Assembly: GCF_009914755.1 (NCBI RefSeq)
Contig: NC_060946.1
DNA: 64,000 nt
Origin: the human T2T-CHM13v2.0 reference genome, Homo sapiens
Direction: 5' to 3' (one strand)
Shown here: piece after piece, positions 16,645 to 32,892 of the stretch
Layout of the letters: every line of letters starts with the position of its first letter
Numbering within the stretch: the first letter of the stretch is position 1
Notes under the pieces: generated by a model
Database searches by the model: none
Told to the model about the DNA's origin: nothing
What the model saw: only the letters and a program-made list of their open reading frames with translations
Program-made: the position numbers and the translations under genes

Positions 16645-18840
16645 TACTCTCTACCCAGAAACAACAGAATATACATTCTTCCCATCACCATATTGCACTT
16701 ACTCTAAAATTGATCACATAATTGGATTTAAAACAGTCTTCAGCAAATGCAAAAGAACTCAAATCATAACAGTCTCTCAGACCACAGTGCAATCAAATCA
16801 GAACTCAAGAAATTCACTCATAACCATACAACTACACAGAAATTGAACAACCTGCTCCTGAATGACTCTTGGATAAATAATGAAACTAAGAAAGAAATCA
16901 AGAAGTTCTTTGAAACTACTGAGAACAAAGAGACAATGTACCAGAATCTCTGGGATGCAGTTAAAGCGGTGTTAAGAGGGAAATGTATAGTATTACATGC
17001 CCAAATCAAAAAGCTAGAAAGATCTCAAGTCAATAACCTAACATCTCAACTAAAAGAACTAGAGAACCAAGAGCAAACAAACCCCAGAGCTAGCAGAGGA
17101 CAAGAAATAACTAAGATCAGAGTGGAACTAAAGGAGATGGAGACACGAAAAGCCCTTCAAAAAACAATCAATGAATTCACAAGCTGTTTTTTTTTAAATA
17201 ATAAAATAGATGACCGAAAGCTAGATTAATAAAAGAGAGAAGAATCAAATAAACACAATAAAAAAATGATAAGGGGGATATCACCACTGACCCCTCAGAA
17301 ATACAAACAACCATCAGAGAATGCTACAAACATTTCTATGCACATAAACTAGAAAATCTATTAGAAGAAATGGATAAATTCCTGGACACATGCACTCTCC
17401 AAAAACTGAACCAGGAAGAAATTGGATCCCTGAATAGACAAATAACAAGTTCTGAAATTGAGGCAGAAATAAATAGCCTACCAACCAAAAAAAGCCCATG
17501 ACCAGACAGATCCACAGGCTGAATTCCACCAGAGGTACAAAGAAGACCTGGTGCTATTTCTACTGAAACTATTCCAAAAAATTAAAAAGGAGGGACTCCT
17601 CCCCAACTCATTCTATGAGGCCAGCATCATCCTAATAACAAAACCTGGCAGAGATACAAAACATCAAGTCAATATCCTGATGAACATCAATGCAAAAATC
17701 CTCAATAAAATACTGGCAAACCGAATCCAGCAGCACATCACAAAGCTTATCAACCACAATGAAGTTGGCTTCATCCCTGGGATGCAAGGTTGGTTCAACA
17801 TACACAAATCAATAAATGTGATTCATCACATAAACAGAACTGAAGACAAAAACCACATGATTATCTCAATAGATGCAGAAAAGGCCTTCGATAAAATTCA
17901 ACATCCCTTCATGTTAAAAACTCTCAATAAACTAGGTATTAAAGGAACATACCTCAAAATAGTAATAGCCATCTATGACAAACCCACAACCAATATCATA
18001 CTGAATGGGCAAAGGCTGGAAGCATTCCCTTGAAAACCAGCAGAAGACAAGGATGCCCCCTCTCCAACATAGTATTGGAAGTTCTCGCGAGGGCAATAGA
18101 GCAAGAGAAAGAAATAAAGCATATTCAAATAGGAAGAGAAGAAGTCAAATTATCTTCGTTTGCAGATGACATGATCCTGTATCTAGAAAACCCCACTGTC
18201 TCAGCCCAAAAGCTTCCTAAGCTAAAAAACAACTTCCACAAAGTCTCAGAATACAAAATCAATGTGCAAAAATCACTAGCATTCCTATACACCAATAACA
18301 GGCAAGCAGAAAGACCAATCATGAATGAACCCCCATTCACAACTGCTACAAAGAGAATAAAATACCTAGGAATACAGCTAACAAGAGAGGCGAAGGACCT
18401 CTTCAGAAAGAACTACAAATCACTGCTCAAAGAAATCAGAGAGGACACAAAAAAATGGGAAAACATTTCATGCTCATGGATAGGAATAATCAATACTCAT
18501 GAAAATGGCCATACTGCCCAAAGTAATTTATAGATTCAATGGTATTCCTATCAAACTACCACGGACATTATTCACAGAATTAGGAAAAACTATTTTAAAA
18601 TTCATATGGAACCAAAAGGGAGCCCAAATAGCCAAGACAAGCCTAAACAAAAAGAACAAAGCTGGAAGCATCATGCTACCCAACTTCAAACTATACTACA
18701 AGGCTACAGTAACTAAAACAGCATGGTACTGGTACAAAAACAGACACATAGACCAATGGAACAGAATACAGAACTCAGAAATAAGCCTGCACACCTACAA
18801 CCATCTGATCTTTTACAAACCTGACAAAAACAAGCAATGA

Positions 18841-19273
<433 letters not shown>

Positions 19274-20416
19274 ACACCAAACCTCTAAAACCCCTAGAAG
19301 AAAATCTATGCAATACCATAATTCAAGACATAGGCATGGGCAAAGATTTTATGACAAAAACACCAAAAGCAATTCCAAGTTTAATTAATTAATTAAACTA
19401 AAGAGCTTCTTCACAGCAAAAGAATCTATCATCGGAGTGAACGGAAAACCTACAGAATGGGAGAAAATTTTTGCAGTCTATCCATCTGACGAAGGTCTAA
19501 TATCCAGAGTCTACAAGGAACTTAAATTACAAAAAAAAAACAAACAAACCCATTAAAAAGTGAGCAAAGGACATGGACAGACACTTCTCAAAAGAAGACA
19601 TACATGAGGCCAACGAACATATGAAAAAAAGCTCAACATCACAGATCATTAGAGATATGCAAATCAAAACCACAACGAGATATCATATCACACCAGTCAG
19701 AATGGCTATTATAAAACAGTCAAAAAACAGCAGAGAAAAAGGAACACTTTTACACTGTTGGTAGAGTGTAAATTAGTTCAACCATTATGGAAGACGGTGT
19801 GGCAATTCCTCAAAGACCTAGAGGCAGAAATACCATTTGACTCAGCAATCTCATTACTGGGTACATACCCAAAGGAATATAAACCATTCTATTATAAAGA
19901 TACATGTATGTATATGTTCACTGCAGCATTATTCGCAATAGCAAAGACAAGGAATCAACCTATATGCCCACCAATGATAGACTAGATAAAGAAAATGTGG
20001 TACATGTACACCATGGAATACTATGCAGCCATAAAAAGGAATAAAATAATGTCCTTTGCAGGGACACAGATGGAGTTGGAAAGCATTATCCTCAGCAAAC
20101 TAATGCAGGAACAGAAAACCAAACACTGCACATCTCACTTGTAAGTGGGAGCTGAATGGTGAGAATACATGGACACACGGTGGGGAACAACACACACTGG
20201 GGCCTGTCAAGGCTGGGGGACAGCATCAGGAAGAAAAGCTAACAGATGCTGGGCTTAATACCTAGGTGAAGGGGTGATCTGTGCAGCAAAGAACCACGGC
20301 GCATTTTTACCTATATAACACCTGCACATCCTGCACGTGTACCCCTGAACTTCAAATAAAAGTTGAAGGAAGAAGAAAAAAAGAGAAAGTTATCTTTTGA
20401 ATATTTTAACCTGGAT

Positions 20417-20584
20417 TTTTTTTTTTTTTTTTTTTTGAGACAGTCTTGCTCTACTGCCCAGGCTGGAGTACAATGGTGTAAACGTAGCTCACTGTAAACT
20501 CAAAAGCTCCTGGATCAGGCGATCCTCTCACCTCAGCTTCCCAAAGCACTTGGATTACAGAAGCATGAGCCACCATGCCTGGTC
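20417..20584 (-). mobile_element. FRAM/FAM Alu monomer
   Basis: Monomeric Alu with both 5' head and right-arm end. Confidence 0.75.
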
Positions 20585-20891
20585 TGGAAATTTTTTAATA
20601 CTCATACTGTAAGTAGTGCTTATTAACCAGCCCATACTTTGAATTTTTAATGAACAGTCTGGAAGATATTAGCTCTTGCTTTATACCTATACGAGTCATG
20701 CCCAAATGCAGAATGAAAAGAGCCAACGTAAGAGTTAATGTGTCATAGTGATAGCTTCAGCCACCTCACTATTTACTTCTACCCACTGCATCCTTGGTTA
20801 AAATTTTAGGAGCTGAAATGGAAGTGGTATATTGACTTTTTCTAATCCAAAAAGCAGTATTTCCTTTACAAAACAAAAACTCCTTCCTTAG

Positions 20892-21042
20892 GGCCAGGCT
20901 CAATGGCTCACACCAGCAGTAATCCCAGCACTTGGAAGGCTGAGGCAGGAGATGCACTTGAGCCCAAGAATTCGAGGCTGCATAAGCTATGATGGCACCA
21001 CTGCACTCCAGCCTGGGGAATAGAATGATACCTGTCTCTAAA
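20892..21042 (+). mobile_element. FRAM Alu monomer
   Basis: Monomeric right-arm-type Alu. Confidence 0.75.
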
Positions 21043-23301
21043 TTTTAAAAAGTTTGTTTAATTAAAAAATTCATTCCCCATTAAAAAGGAGATTTCTAAA
21101 AACATTTTACTGACAGGAAAACATCAAGTTACATTATTAAGTAAAAATAGCTGAGAAAAGTTAAAGAGTATTTCCAAATTTTGTAAAAATAAAAATATAC
21201 ATATATCTATACAGACATATATGTTTCTTATATGTATATATGTGTATATGTATATTAAAAATCTAAAATGAAATATCAAAATGTTAACAGAATTGCTATA
21301 ACAATATAGTTTATTATTTATATTTGTATTTCTAATGTCCTATTATGAAGGGCAAATATTGCTTTTATTTTTAAAAAATTACTTAAAATCATACTGTTAT
21401 AACAGGCAGTCTTTGTACAAAATACAAAAGAGATTAAGATTTAAGATAGCATCTATTCAAGCTTAAGAAAATACCATTTGATTTTTAGTAAGGACACTGA
21501 TTTGCTAATAAAAATTTAAGAGTAAAATAACTGGCTACTTCACCTTTTTATATCTCCATGTATTCTTCTACTCTATCTTATATGTCATAAATTTCTAACA
21601 GGAATCAATTGCCTTATTTATTTGCCATATCTATTAGTGTAGCATTAGAGCATGTCTTAAATAATAGTAATGAGAATAATTAAAACACAACAATTATATT
21701 CTTTCTGATATATTAGTAAGTGTTACAATGATTAGCAGTACGAGTCTCTCTGATAAAACCCAACTCTACTGGGAAAGAGAACAATTTGGCAAGTTAGCTA
21801 AATCAATTAATCATTTCCATCTGCTGCAAACCATGCACACTAAAATATTCTCCCAGCTTTACTTTAATGGAGAAAATGGAACTTTCATTTGGTGTTCATA
21901 TCATATCAAGAAAGAACATGCTGAATAAGGCCTTCTGAATAGACTACTTTTGAGAGCCAACAAAAGGCCGGAAGCTGGAGAATTAAGAAGAGAAAACCTT
22001 ACACGGAGTGTTCACTCTTGGCAGCTACTGGTGATCTGATCAGGCTCAGGACAGAACATTCTTGTTTTACTTCTCTATATTTTCATAAAAATGATTTTTC
22101 CATTCCAACACTTACACATGCCTGTGCGCAGCAGAGAGAATAGCATTCACTGACTCTCAATACATATGGTATGCATTCAGTGACATCACTTACCACTACA
22201 TTTGCCAAGTTGAACCTTTCCTATAGACCACCAAAACACTGTTTCACAGTCTCTGTGGGGCTAAAAGAGTAGTTCCAAAGCAATAGGTCAGTCTTGCAGA
22301 ATAGAGAGGTTATTAATGTTTCATCCCATATATACCATACCCTCCCTATCCCCTAATAAATAAAAATCTTTGTAATCCTGTAATGTATTCAGCTTTTATT
22401 AACTCTTTCACTGCTGTTTTGAATAACGAAGTGAATACACACTTGATGGCTCTCGTTGCTACAGTGCTCTGGCAGGTGCTGTTTACTTCTTTTTATAGAA
22501 GAGATTACAGAGTGAATTTTTATTATGGAGATGTATGAAAATTACTATGCAAGTTGTAAATAATAATTCATGTAACTAATATTTTAAATCAATTATGAAA
22601 TAAAAATCAAAGCAATTTTTCTATTAAAGAAAAGCTTTCAATAATGTTGTTTTTTCTAATTTAAAGTTAAACATCCAATTTAAAATATTTAAAAATTACT
22701 ATATGGTGGATTCTATGATCTTCCAAATAGTAAAAAACCTTCATAATTATTTTCAAAGAGGTATTAAAGGCTCTCCTCAATTATTTTTTAAAGCAGTGAA
22801 AAATTGGAGGAAAAAGCAACATTACTCACATCAAATTATTTTTTTTCCATTGGTCTATAATATAAAACCACACGTGGGCATATAGGAAAACCAAAATTAA
22901 AAGATATTGCAGAAAGGGCTCTGGTGGGGTCTTGCTTCACAGCATGCTGTTTGCTAAAGTAGTTTAGCAAATAGCAGAGCTCTCGAGCACAAACTGTTCA
23001 GGGTTTTAAGGTAAATGTCAAGAAATCTAATCTTTGGGCAATGCAACAGAGTAGAGCACTCACTTTGAAGGGGCTCAGCATCTCTTCATTTAGCCCTTCT
23101 CACATGAGGGTGGGATACCAGCTAGCCACTATACATGGCATATGCAGTGGGGTCTGAAATTTTACAAATTACAAAATAAGTCAGGTATCATATAACTTAA
23201 TACATCTTTTTATAAAAATGGATAGTAATAATTGCCATTTACAAAACATTATGTTAAATACCATAAATGTATAAAATTTTCAAAAAATTTCAGTGAGTTC
23301 A

Positions 23302-23597
23302 GCCGGGTGCGGTAGCTCATGCCTGTAATCTCAGCACTTTGGAGCCTGAGGTGGGCAAATCACCTGAGGTCAGAAGTTCAAGACCAGCCTGGCCAACATG
23401 GCGAAACACCGTCTCTACTAAAAAATACAAAAATTAACCGGGCGTGGTCGTGTGCACCTGTAATCCCAGCTTCTCAGGAGGCTGAGGCAGGAGAATCATT
23501 TGAACCCAGGAGGCGGAGGTTGCAGTGAGCTGAGATCTGCCATTACACTCCAGCCTGGGTGACAAGAGCGAAACTCCATCTCAAAAAAAAAAAAAAG
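23302..23597 (+). mobile_element. AluS (Sx/Sp-like)
   Basis: Alu consensus. Confidence 0.93.
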
Positions 23598-23877
23598 CTG
23601 AGTGAATTCATGTGATTTGGAAAATAAATGATTTTATTATCCATATTTTAACATTTTTAAATAGTAAACTAATATGGTAATGCTATGAATTTTCTGAGGC
23701 ATGAGATTATCTACTAGACATTGTGATGCTTCTTAAGAATTAAGTATTTCAAAAACAAAATCTATCTAAAAATGTAAAACACAAGAATAATTCTGAAAAA
23801 TCAATTCAATTGTAAAATAGGTGCCACGCTTTAGGATAATATAATGGTTTTCAGGTGTTATTAAGAATACTCATCAT

Positions 23878-24207
23878 TGAGTTCATGTCCTTTGCAGGGA
23901 CATGGATGAAGCTGGAAACCATCATTCTCAGCAAACTATCACAAGGACAGAAAACCAAACACCGCACGTTTTCACTCATAGGTAGGAACTGAACAATGAG
24001 ATAATTTGGACACAGGGCGGGGAACATCACACACTGGGGCCTGTCAGGGGGTGGGGGGCTTGGGGAGGGATAGCATTAGGAGAAATATCTAACGTAAATG
24101 ATTAGTCGATGGGTGCAGCAAACCAACATGGCACATGTATACCTACGTATCAAACCTGCACGTTGTGCACATGTACCCTAGAACTTAAAGTATAATAAAA
24201 AAAAAAC
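23878..24207 (+). mobile_element. 5'-truncated L1PA (about L1PA4-6) 3' end with 15-bp TSD
   Basis: L1PA 3'UTR and poly(A); TSD 'aagaatactcatcat' at 23863-23877 and 24208-24222. Confidence 0.93.
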
Positions 24208-24221
24208 AAGAATACTCATCA

Positions 24222-24380
24222 TCACAAAAAATAATAAGCATGTGAAGTAACAGATATGTTAATCAGCTTGATTTAGCTACTTCACAATGTATTCATATAC
24301 ATATGTGAAAACATTATGTTGTACACCATAAACAGATAAAATTTTCACTTGCCAGTCGAAAGTATGTAATAAATAAATGA
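24222..24380 (+). mobile_element. L1MA 3'-end fragment
   Basis: 'gatatgttaatcagcttgatttagc...ttgtacaccataaac'. Confidence 0.65.
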
Positions 24381-24620
24381 TACTCACTACAACTTACTAT
24401 TCTGTAGTGAGTAAATAATACTCATTATAACTCCTGTTATACTTGAGGAACTTAGACTCAGAGACAATACTCTCTTACCCAGGGTTGCACAGTTAGTAAA
24501 TCGCAGAGCTAGGTTTTCAAACCAAGTGTTTCCAAATCTAAAGCCCACCAGCTTTCCTCTATATCAGACTGATCAAATTGAAAAAGACTTACAATAAAGG
24601 TATAAAGCTCAAGTTAGAGC

Positions 24621-24710
24621 ATGGGTGAGAACATGTGGTGTTTGGTTTTCTGTCCTTGTGATAGTTTGCTGAGAATGATGGTTTCCAGCTTCATCCATGT
24701 CCCTGCAAAG
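24621..24710 (-). mobile_element. 90-bp isolated inverted L1PA fragment, no poly(A)
   Basis: Reverse complement of 23890-23979 (86/90 identical). Confidence 0.9.
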
Positions 24711-25359
24711 TTAAAGCTAGAGATAAAATTGTTAGAGCTAAAGATAAAACTGTCTTTCCAAAGATAAAAATTAGTAAGTCCTAAATACTAAAAAAATCAA
24801 GTTGCTGAAGAGTATCTTCCAGTCAGCTTTTGCCCAACTATAGGCTACACAGAGCATCATTAAAGATTTGGCATACCCAGCATTATTAGGAATCTAAAGA
24901 GGAAAAGAAAAATCTTTACAAAAGATAGTCAGGTACTCCCCTTCACCCTCAAAAAAAGGAATGCAGACAGAAAACTCTAGGCAGATCCTAGGAAGACAGA
25001 ATTATGGCCAGCGAACTTCCAATTAATTCAGTATACAAGCCAATGGCAAGGCTATTTTCGTGGTAAGAAAACTTTTAAGCTACAGAATGTCTCAGTCTTC
25101 AGACTTCAAGAATTTCTGTTCCCGATGGAGTCCTACAATTCATCCCAACTGAAAAAACTTCATAAAGTCATTTAAATTTCTTGAATATGTTTACTAAGTA
25201 CTTATTAAAGCAACATTCTGACTATTCTAATTAGGGCTGTAGGGTGAAAATATTTACAACTCTTTACATCAATACTTCATAATATATTAAACGCAAACAC
25301 ATTCAAAGTGATTATTAAGCAATTTTTCTCTTGTCCGAAGTTTTAATTTTTTTAACATT

Positions 25360-25480
25360 TTTAAAATTTTTATTTTATTTATTGTATTTTTTTTTACACT
25401 CAAGGTCCCACTATGTTGCCCAAGCTAGACTCAAACAATTCTCCTACCTTAACCCAAGTAGCTGGGATTACAGGTGTGCA
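25360..25480 (-). mobile_element. Degenerate Alu fragment
   Basis: 'ctatgttgcccaagctag', 'aagtagctgggattacagg'. Confidence 0.6.
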
Positions 25481-25770
25481 TCTTTTTTCTGCAGTTTTTA
25501 GAGAGGGTTTTTCAAATGTTTATTAAGCATCAATGGCATATCTACTATAAATACTAGATATATCATGCTCAGCAATTCTTAGCAGAAATCTTAAAATGTT
25601 CCTATCATTGGCTTTCTCTGCACAAAAACTTCAGATTCATGAAGACTGCTTTAGTGTTGAGCTGCATGGGGTTTGGAGAACTGAGATGTTATCTGGTTTG
25701 TTTATATTAACAAATACCTATTCTCAAATCACAGATGATAGACTTAAATTTTTGAAAATGAGTATACAAA

Positions 25771-26060
25771 GGCCAGGCATGGTGGCTCGCATCTGTAATC
25801 CCAGCGCTTTGGGAGGCCCAGACACGAGGATTGCTTGAGGACAGAAGTTCAAGAACAGCCTGGGCAACATGGCAGGGCCTCATCTCTATGAAAAATACAA
25901 AAATCAGCCAGGGATGGTGGCACACACCTGTAGTCTCAGCTACTCAGGAAGCTGAAGCAGGAGGATCCCTCAAGCAGTGAGGTTACAACGAACTATGATT
26001 CACCACTGCACTACAGCCTACGTGACAGAGTAAGACCCTGTCTCTATTTTTTAAAAAAAG
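25771..26060 (+). mobile_element. AluJ
   Basis: Alu consensus, J-type. Confidence 0.88.
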
Positions 26061-26167
26061 AATTACTATATAAGGCTAAATAAGTATAAACACATACAAA
26101 GAATTAGTATCTAAGATTAAATAAGTGTAAGCACACAGACAAACTTATGTGGAAGTAACATGTTTGG

Positions 26168-26241
26168 CAGAATTCATCTATCAATTAGGAAGATAGTAAA
26201 AAGACAGAATTCATCTATCAATTACGAAAGTAGTAAAAAGG
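26168..26241. repeat. 37-bp tandem duplication (2 copies)
   Basis: 'cagaattcatctatcaatta...tagtaaaaag' twice. Confidence 0.85.
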
Positions 26242-26681
26242 TCTTCATGACTAATATGCTGTACTCAATACAGTCTCCTAGGCCATCATTCAGGGACTAA
26301 AAATTTTAAATGATGAAAAAAATTAAAGACTATAGTATAGTACATAGAAGATTCTGTTTTTCTTGTCAACTGTGTTGACAGGCTGTGCATGTGCATTGGG
26401 CAAGTCACTTAATTTTTCTGGACCTCAATTTCTAGCCACCCTCTGAAATCCTAAGACAGTATTCTTATTTTTTAAGATAATTTTTACAACCTTGGTTATG
26501 AAGTTTTCTAAGCAATAGCAGATCAGAAATAGTCAAAGAGAGCAGGGAGAAGTGTAGCAGGAAGCAAGCCATTGATAATATACTAAGCGGAAGGTAACAA
26601 AGAAGATGACTGAAAATTTTTAACAATCAGATCCAGGAACCCTCACAGTAACCTGGGTCCATTAGGAATAGAAGAACATAC

Positions 26682-26757
26682 CTCTTCTATCTATGGATAA
26701 TTCAAAGGTCTTATTTCTCTTCTGGCACTTCAATTTTGCTTTGGTCATTTTACTGAA
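26682..26757 (-). other. Candidate 76-nt internal exon of an unidentified minus-strand host transcript
   Basis: Acceptor 'gtttgtttttcttcatcctccag|TTC', donor 'GAG|gtatgt'; unique sequence; ATG frame open to the exon end (MTKAKLKCQKRNKTFELSIDRR). Confidence 0.55.
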
Positions 26758-26786
26758 CTGGAGGATGAAGAAAAACAAACAAGACA

Positions 26787-27312
26787 TGAAACTATGCCCC
26801 TAAAGAGTTAAAGACACCAATGACTAACAAATGGTTTGCAGGATGGCAGATAAAAAAATAAACAACTTGCTGAAATGCCGAAACTCTCTCTACTTATAAG
26901 ATAAAACTGGCTGAAATCAGTTGAAACCAATATGGCCAACTGGAGTTTGCACAGAAATAACTTGCGGACATCACGGTGTTCATTTCTACCAGATGTTTCA
27001 TACTAACTCTCCCCCAATTTGCACATGGGACCCATGAGGAGGCATGAAGAGGTAACTGTGCATGCCTGAGGACTTTACCAGACCTCCCCTTTCCTTTCAC
27101 CAATCACCTGCTAATCTCAGCATCTACCCCTCAACCTTTTCTTATAAAATTACTGCCTTAAAGTCAGCATGAGGAAACACATTTGAGCTGGACTCCTGCC
27201 TCCTTGTTAGTCAACTTGCAATATAAAGCTTTTCTTTTCTCAAAACTTGGTGTCACAGCATTGGTCTCTAGTGCATTGGGCAGCAAGCCCCCTTCTCTTT
27301 GGCTGAATAACA
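26787..27312 (+). mobile_element. ERV1-class solo LTR (tentatively LTR26-like)
   Basis: TG...CA termini, near-TSD gaca/caca, TATA-like 'cttataaaa', LTR-type 3' end. Confidence 0.7.
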
Positions 27313-27983
27313 CACACAAGTAAAATGTAACACATTCAAGTGTTGACAGTTAAAGCAAAACACAACACAATTTGTGAGCTTTACATTCTACTTAAGACAA
27401 AGTAAAGAGAAAGAGAGAGAGTCCTTTGAGTATATCTGTAAATAATACACTATTTTACAGTTCTAATATTTCATAGTAGGCAATAAGACAAATTGATTTA
27501 CACAAAAGCCAGTTTCTATAGTTCCAAATGGATGCAGATGGGAAAAAATACTAGATGTGGTCTCATACAATCTCGGTTTGAGTCCCAACTTTACCCAAAA
27601 GCAGCAAATAGAAGACAGAAGGCAATAGTCTTTCCTAACTCAACTCTTAATTGAAGATAATAATGCTTATCCTTACAAAATTGAAAGGACCTAATGAACT
27701 AACATCTGGGAAGTGCTTTATAAGTCTGTAAAAGCCTTTCATAAACTAATGTCTCATGTACACATCTTATGAATCTCCAAAACTGTCCCCTCTTACAGTG
27801 AATAACTGGAGATCAACTGCATATGTATGAATAAGCTATAAAATCTAGTGAGTTCCTCTGACCAACACTCAACTCACTCAAAGGCAAAAGCAGCAAGATC
27901 ATCCAGTTAGGTCAAACTACTGATTTCAGGTAGGATAGAATCATCTGTGGCAGACCAACTCACCTATCAAAACTATCCTCCAC

Positions 27984-30830
<2,847 letters not shown>

Positions 30831-31638
30831 ATTAAGTTATTAAACAAATGGGGGTAGGGCTGGACCAAGATCTCCCATACTCACTCTGGGCAGTCATGGG
30901 GATCCACTACTGAGGCCTTAACTAGTCAGAGCTCTAGTCTGCTCTCTCAGGCTTTCAAAGGGATGTCAAGGGAGGTGGAGACGAGGAAAAAACCAGTATC
31001 TGAGAGCGTTCCATGTGCTTGGCCCTTTTTATATATTGTCTCAACAAGCCTCAAAATAGCCCAGTGAGAGAGATGCATCATCATTTCAATTTTATAAACA
31101 AGGACACAGACTCTCAGAAAGATTAAGTTATTTTTTCATGCACACACAGTTAGCAAAGAACACAGTAGAGCCTGACTCCAGAATCTAAATAGCTTAAGAT
31201 CTTTAAAAGTCAGGTCCTAAAGAAATCCCATAGAAAACAGGTATGTTTTAATGTTAATAATAATAGCAGTGGCAATAATAATACGTTTTATAAAATGCTT
31301 AATAAATGCCAAGCACAGTACTAAGAGCTTCACATTAATAATCTCATATTTTTCTTCCTTTTCCTCCTTTCAATCCCTTTTCCTCCTTTCAATCCCTTTT
31401 CCTCCTTTCTCCCTTTTTTCTTCCGCCCCCTTAAAACTTACATGAAGGCAAAGTAGTACTTAGTAGGAAACCCTGGAGGAGGAAGACTGTGAAAAGGCAA
31501 ATTCTGAGTAACTCACGATTTTACCAAAATTTACTTCTATTAAAAACTATTTTTAATAGTCTGTTTGAATTTTTTAAAAGTCATTTTTTGAAGGGTGATG
31601 AGTGAACATAAGTAGGTAATTACGCTCAAAAAATTAAC

Positions 31639-32109
<471 letters not shown>

Positions 32110-32575
32110 TCACCCTCACAACAAATCAAAGAAATACAAATTGACAAAGAAACCATTATTTACCTCATAAAAATAGGAAGTTTTTAAAATTATAAATTCC
32201 AGCATTGTCAAATGCACAGTAAAACAGGCACTCTCATATGTTGGTGATGAAAATATAAATTCATGTATATACTTTTGGAGGGCAATTTGGAATTACATAT
32301 CATTGACCACAAAAATCATACTATTCTTTAACCATGTAATTCTAATTCTAGGTAAGAAATAATCACAGGCAAAGATTCATGCAATAATGAATTATTCAAA
32401 ATCATATTTTGTTAATTTCAATAACCATAAAATGTGTTCAAGACTTATTATTGATAGAAAAAAAGTTCATTGGGCTTACTGCTGGGGTTATATGAATTGT
32501 GATTTTTCTTCATACTTAGTATATCTTTAAAATGATCTATAACTAAAATGTGCCATTATTAAAAATTTCTTTTAA

Positions 32576-32892
<317 letters not shown>

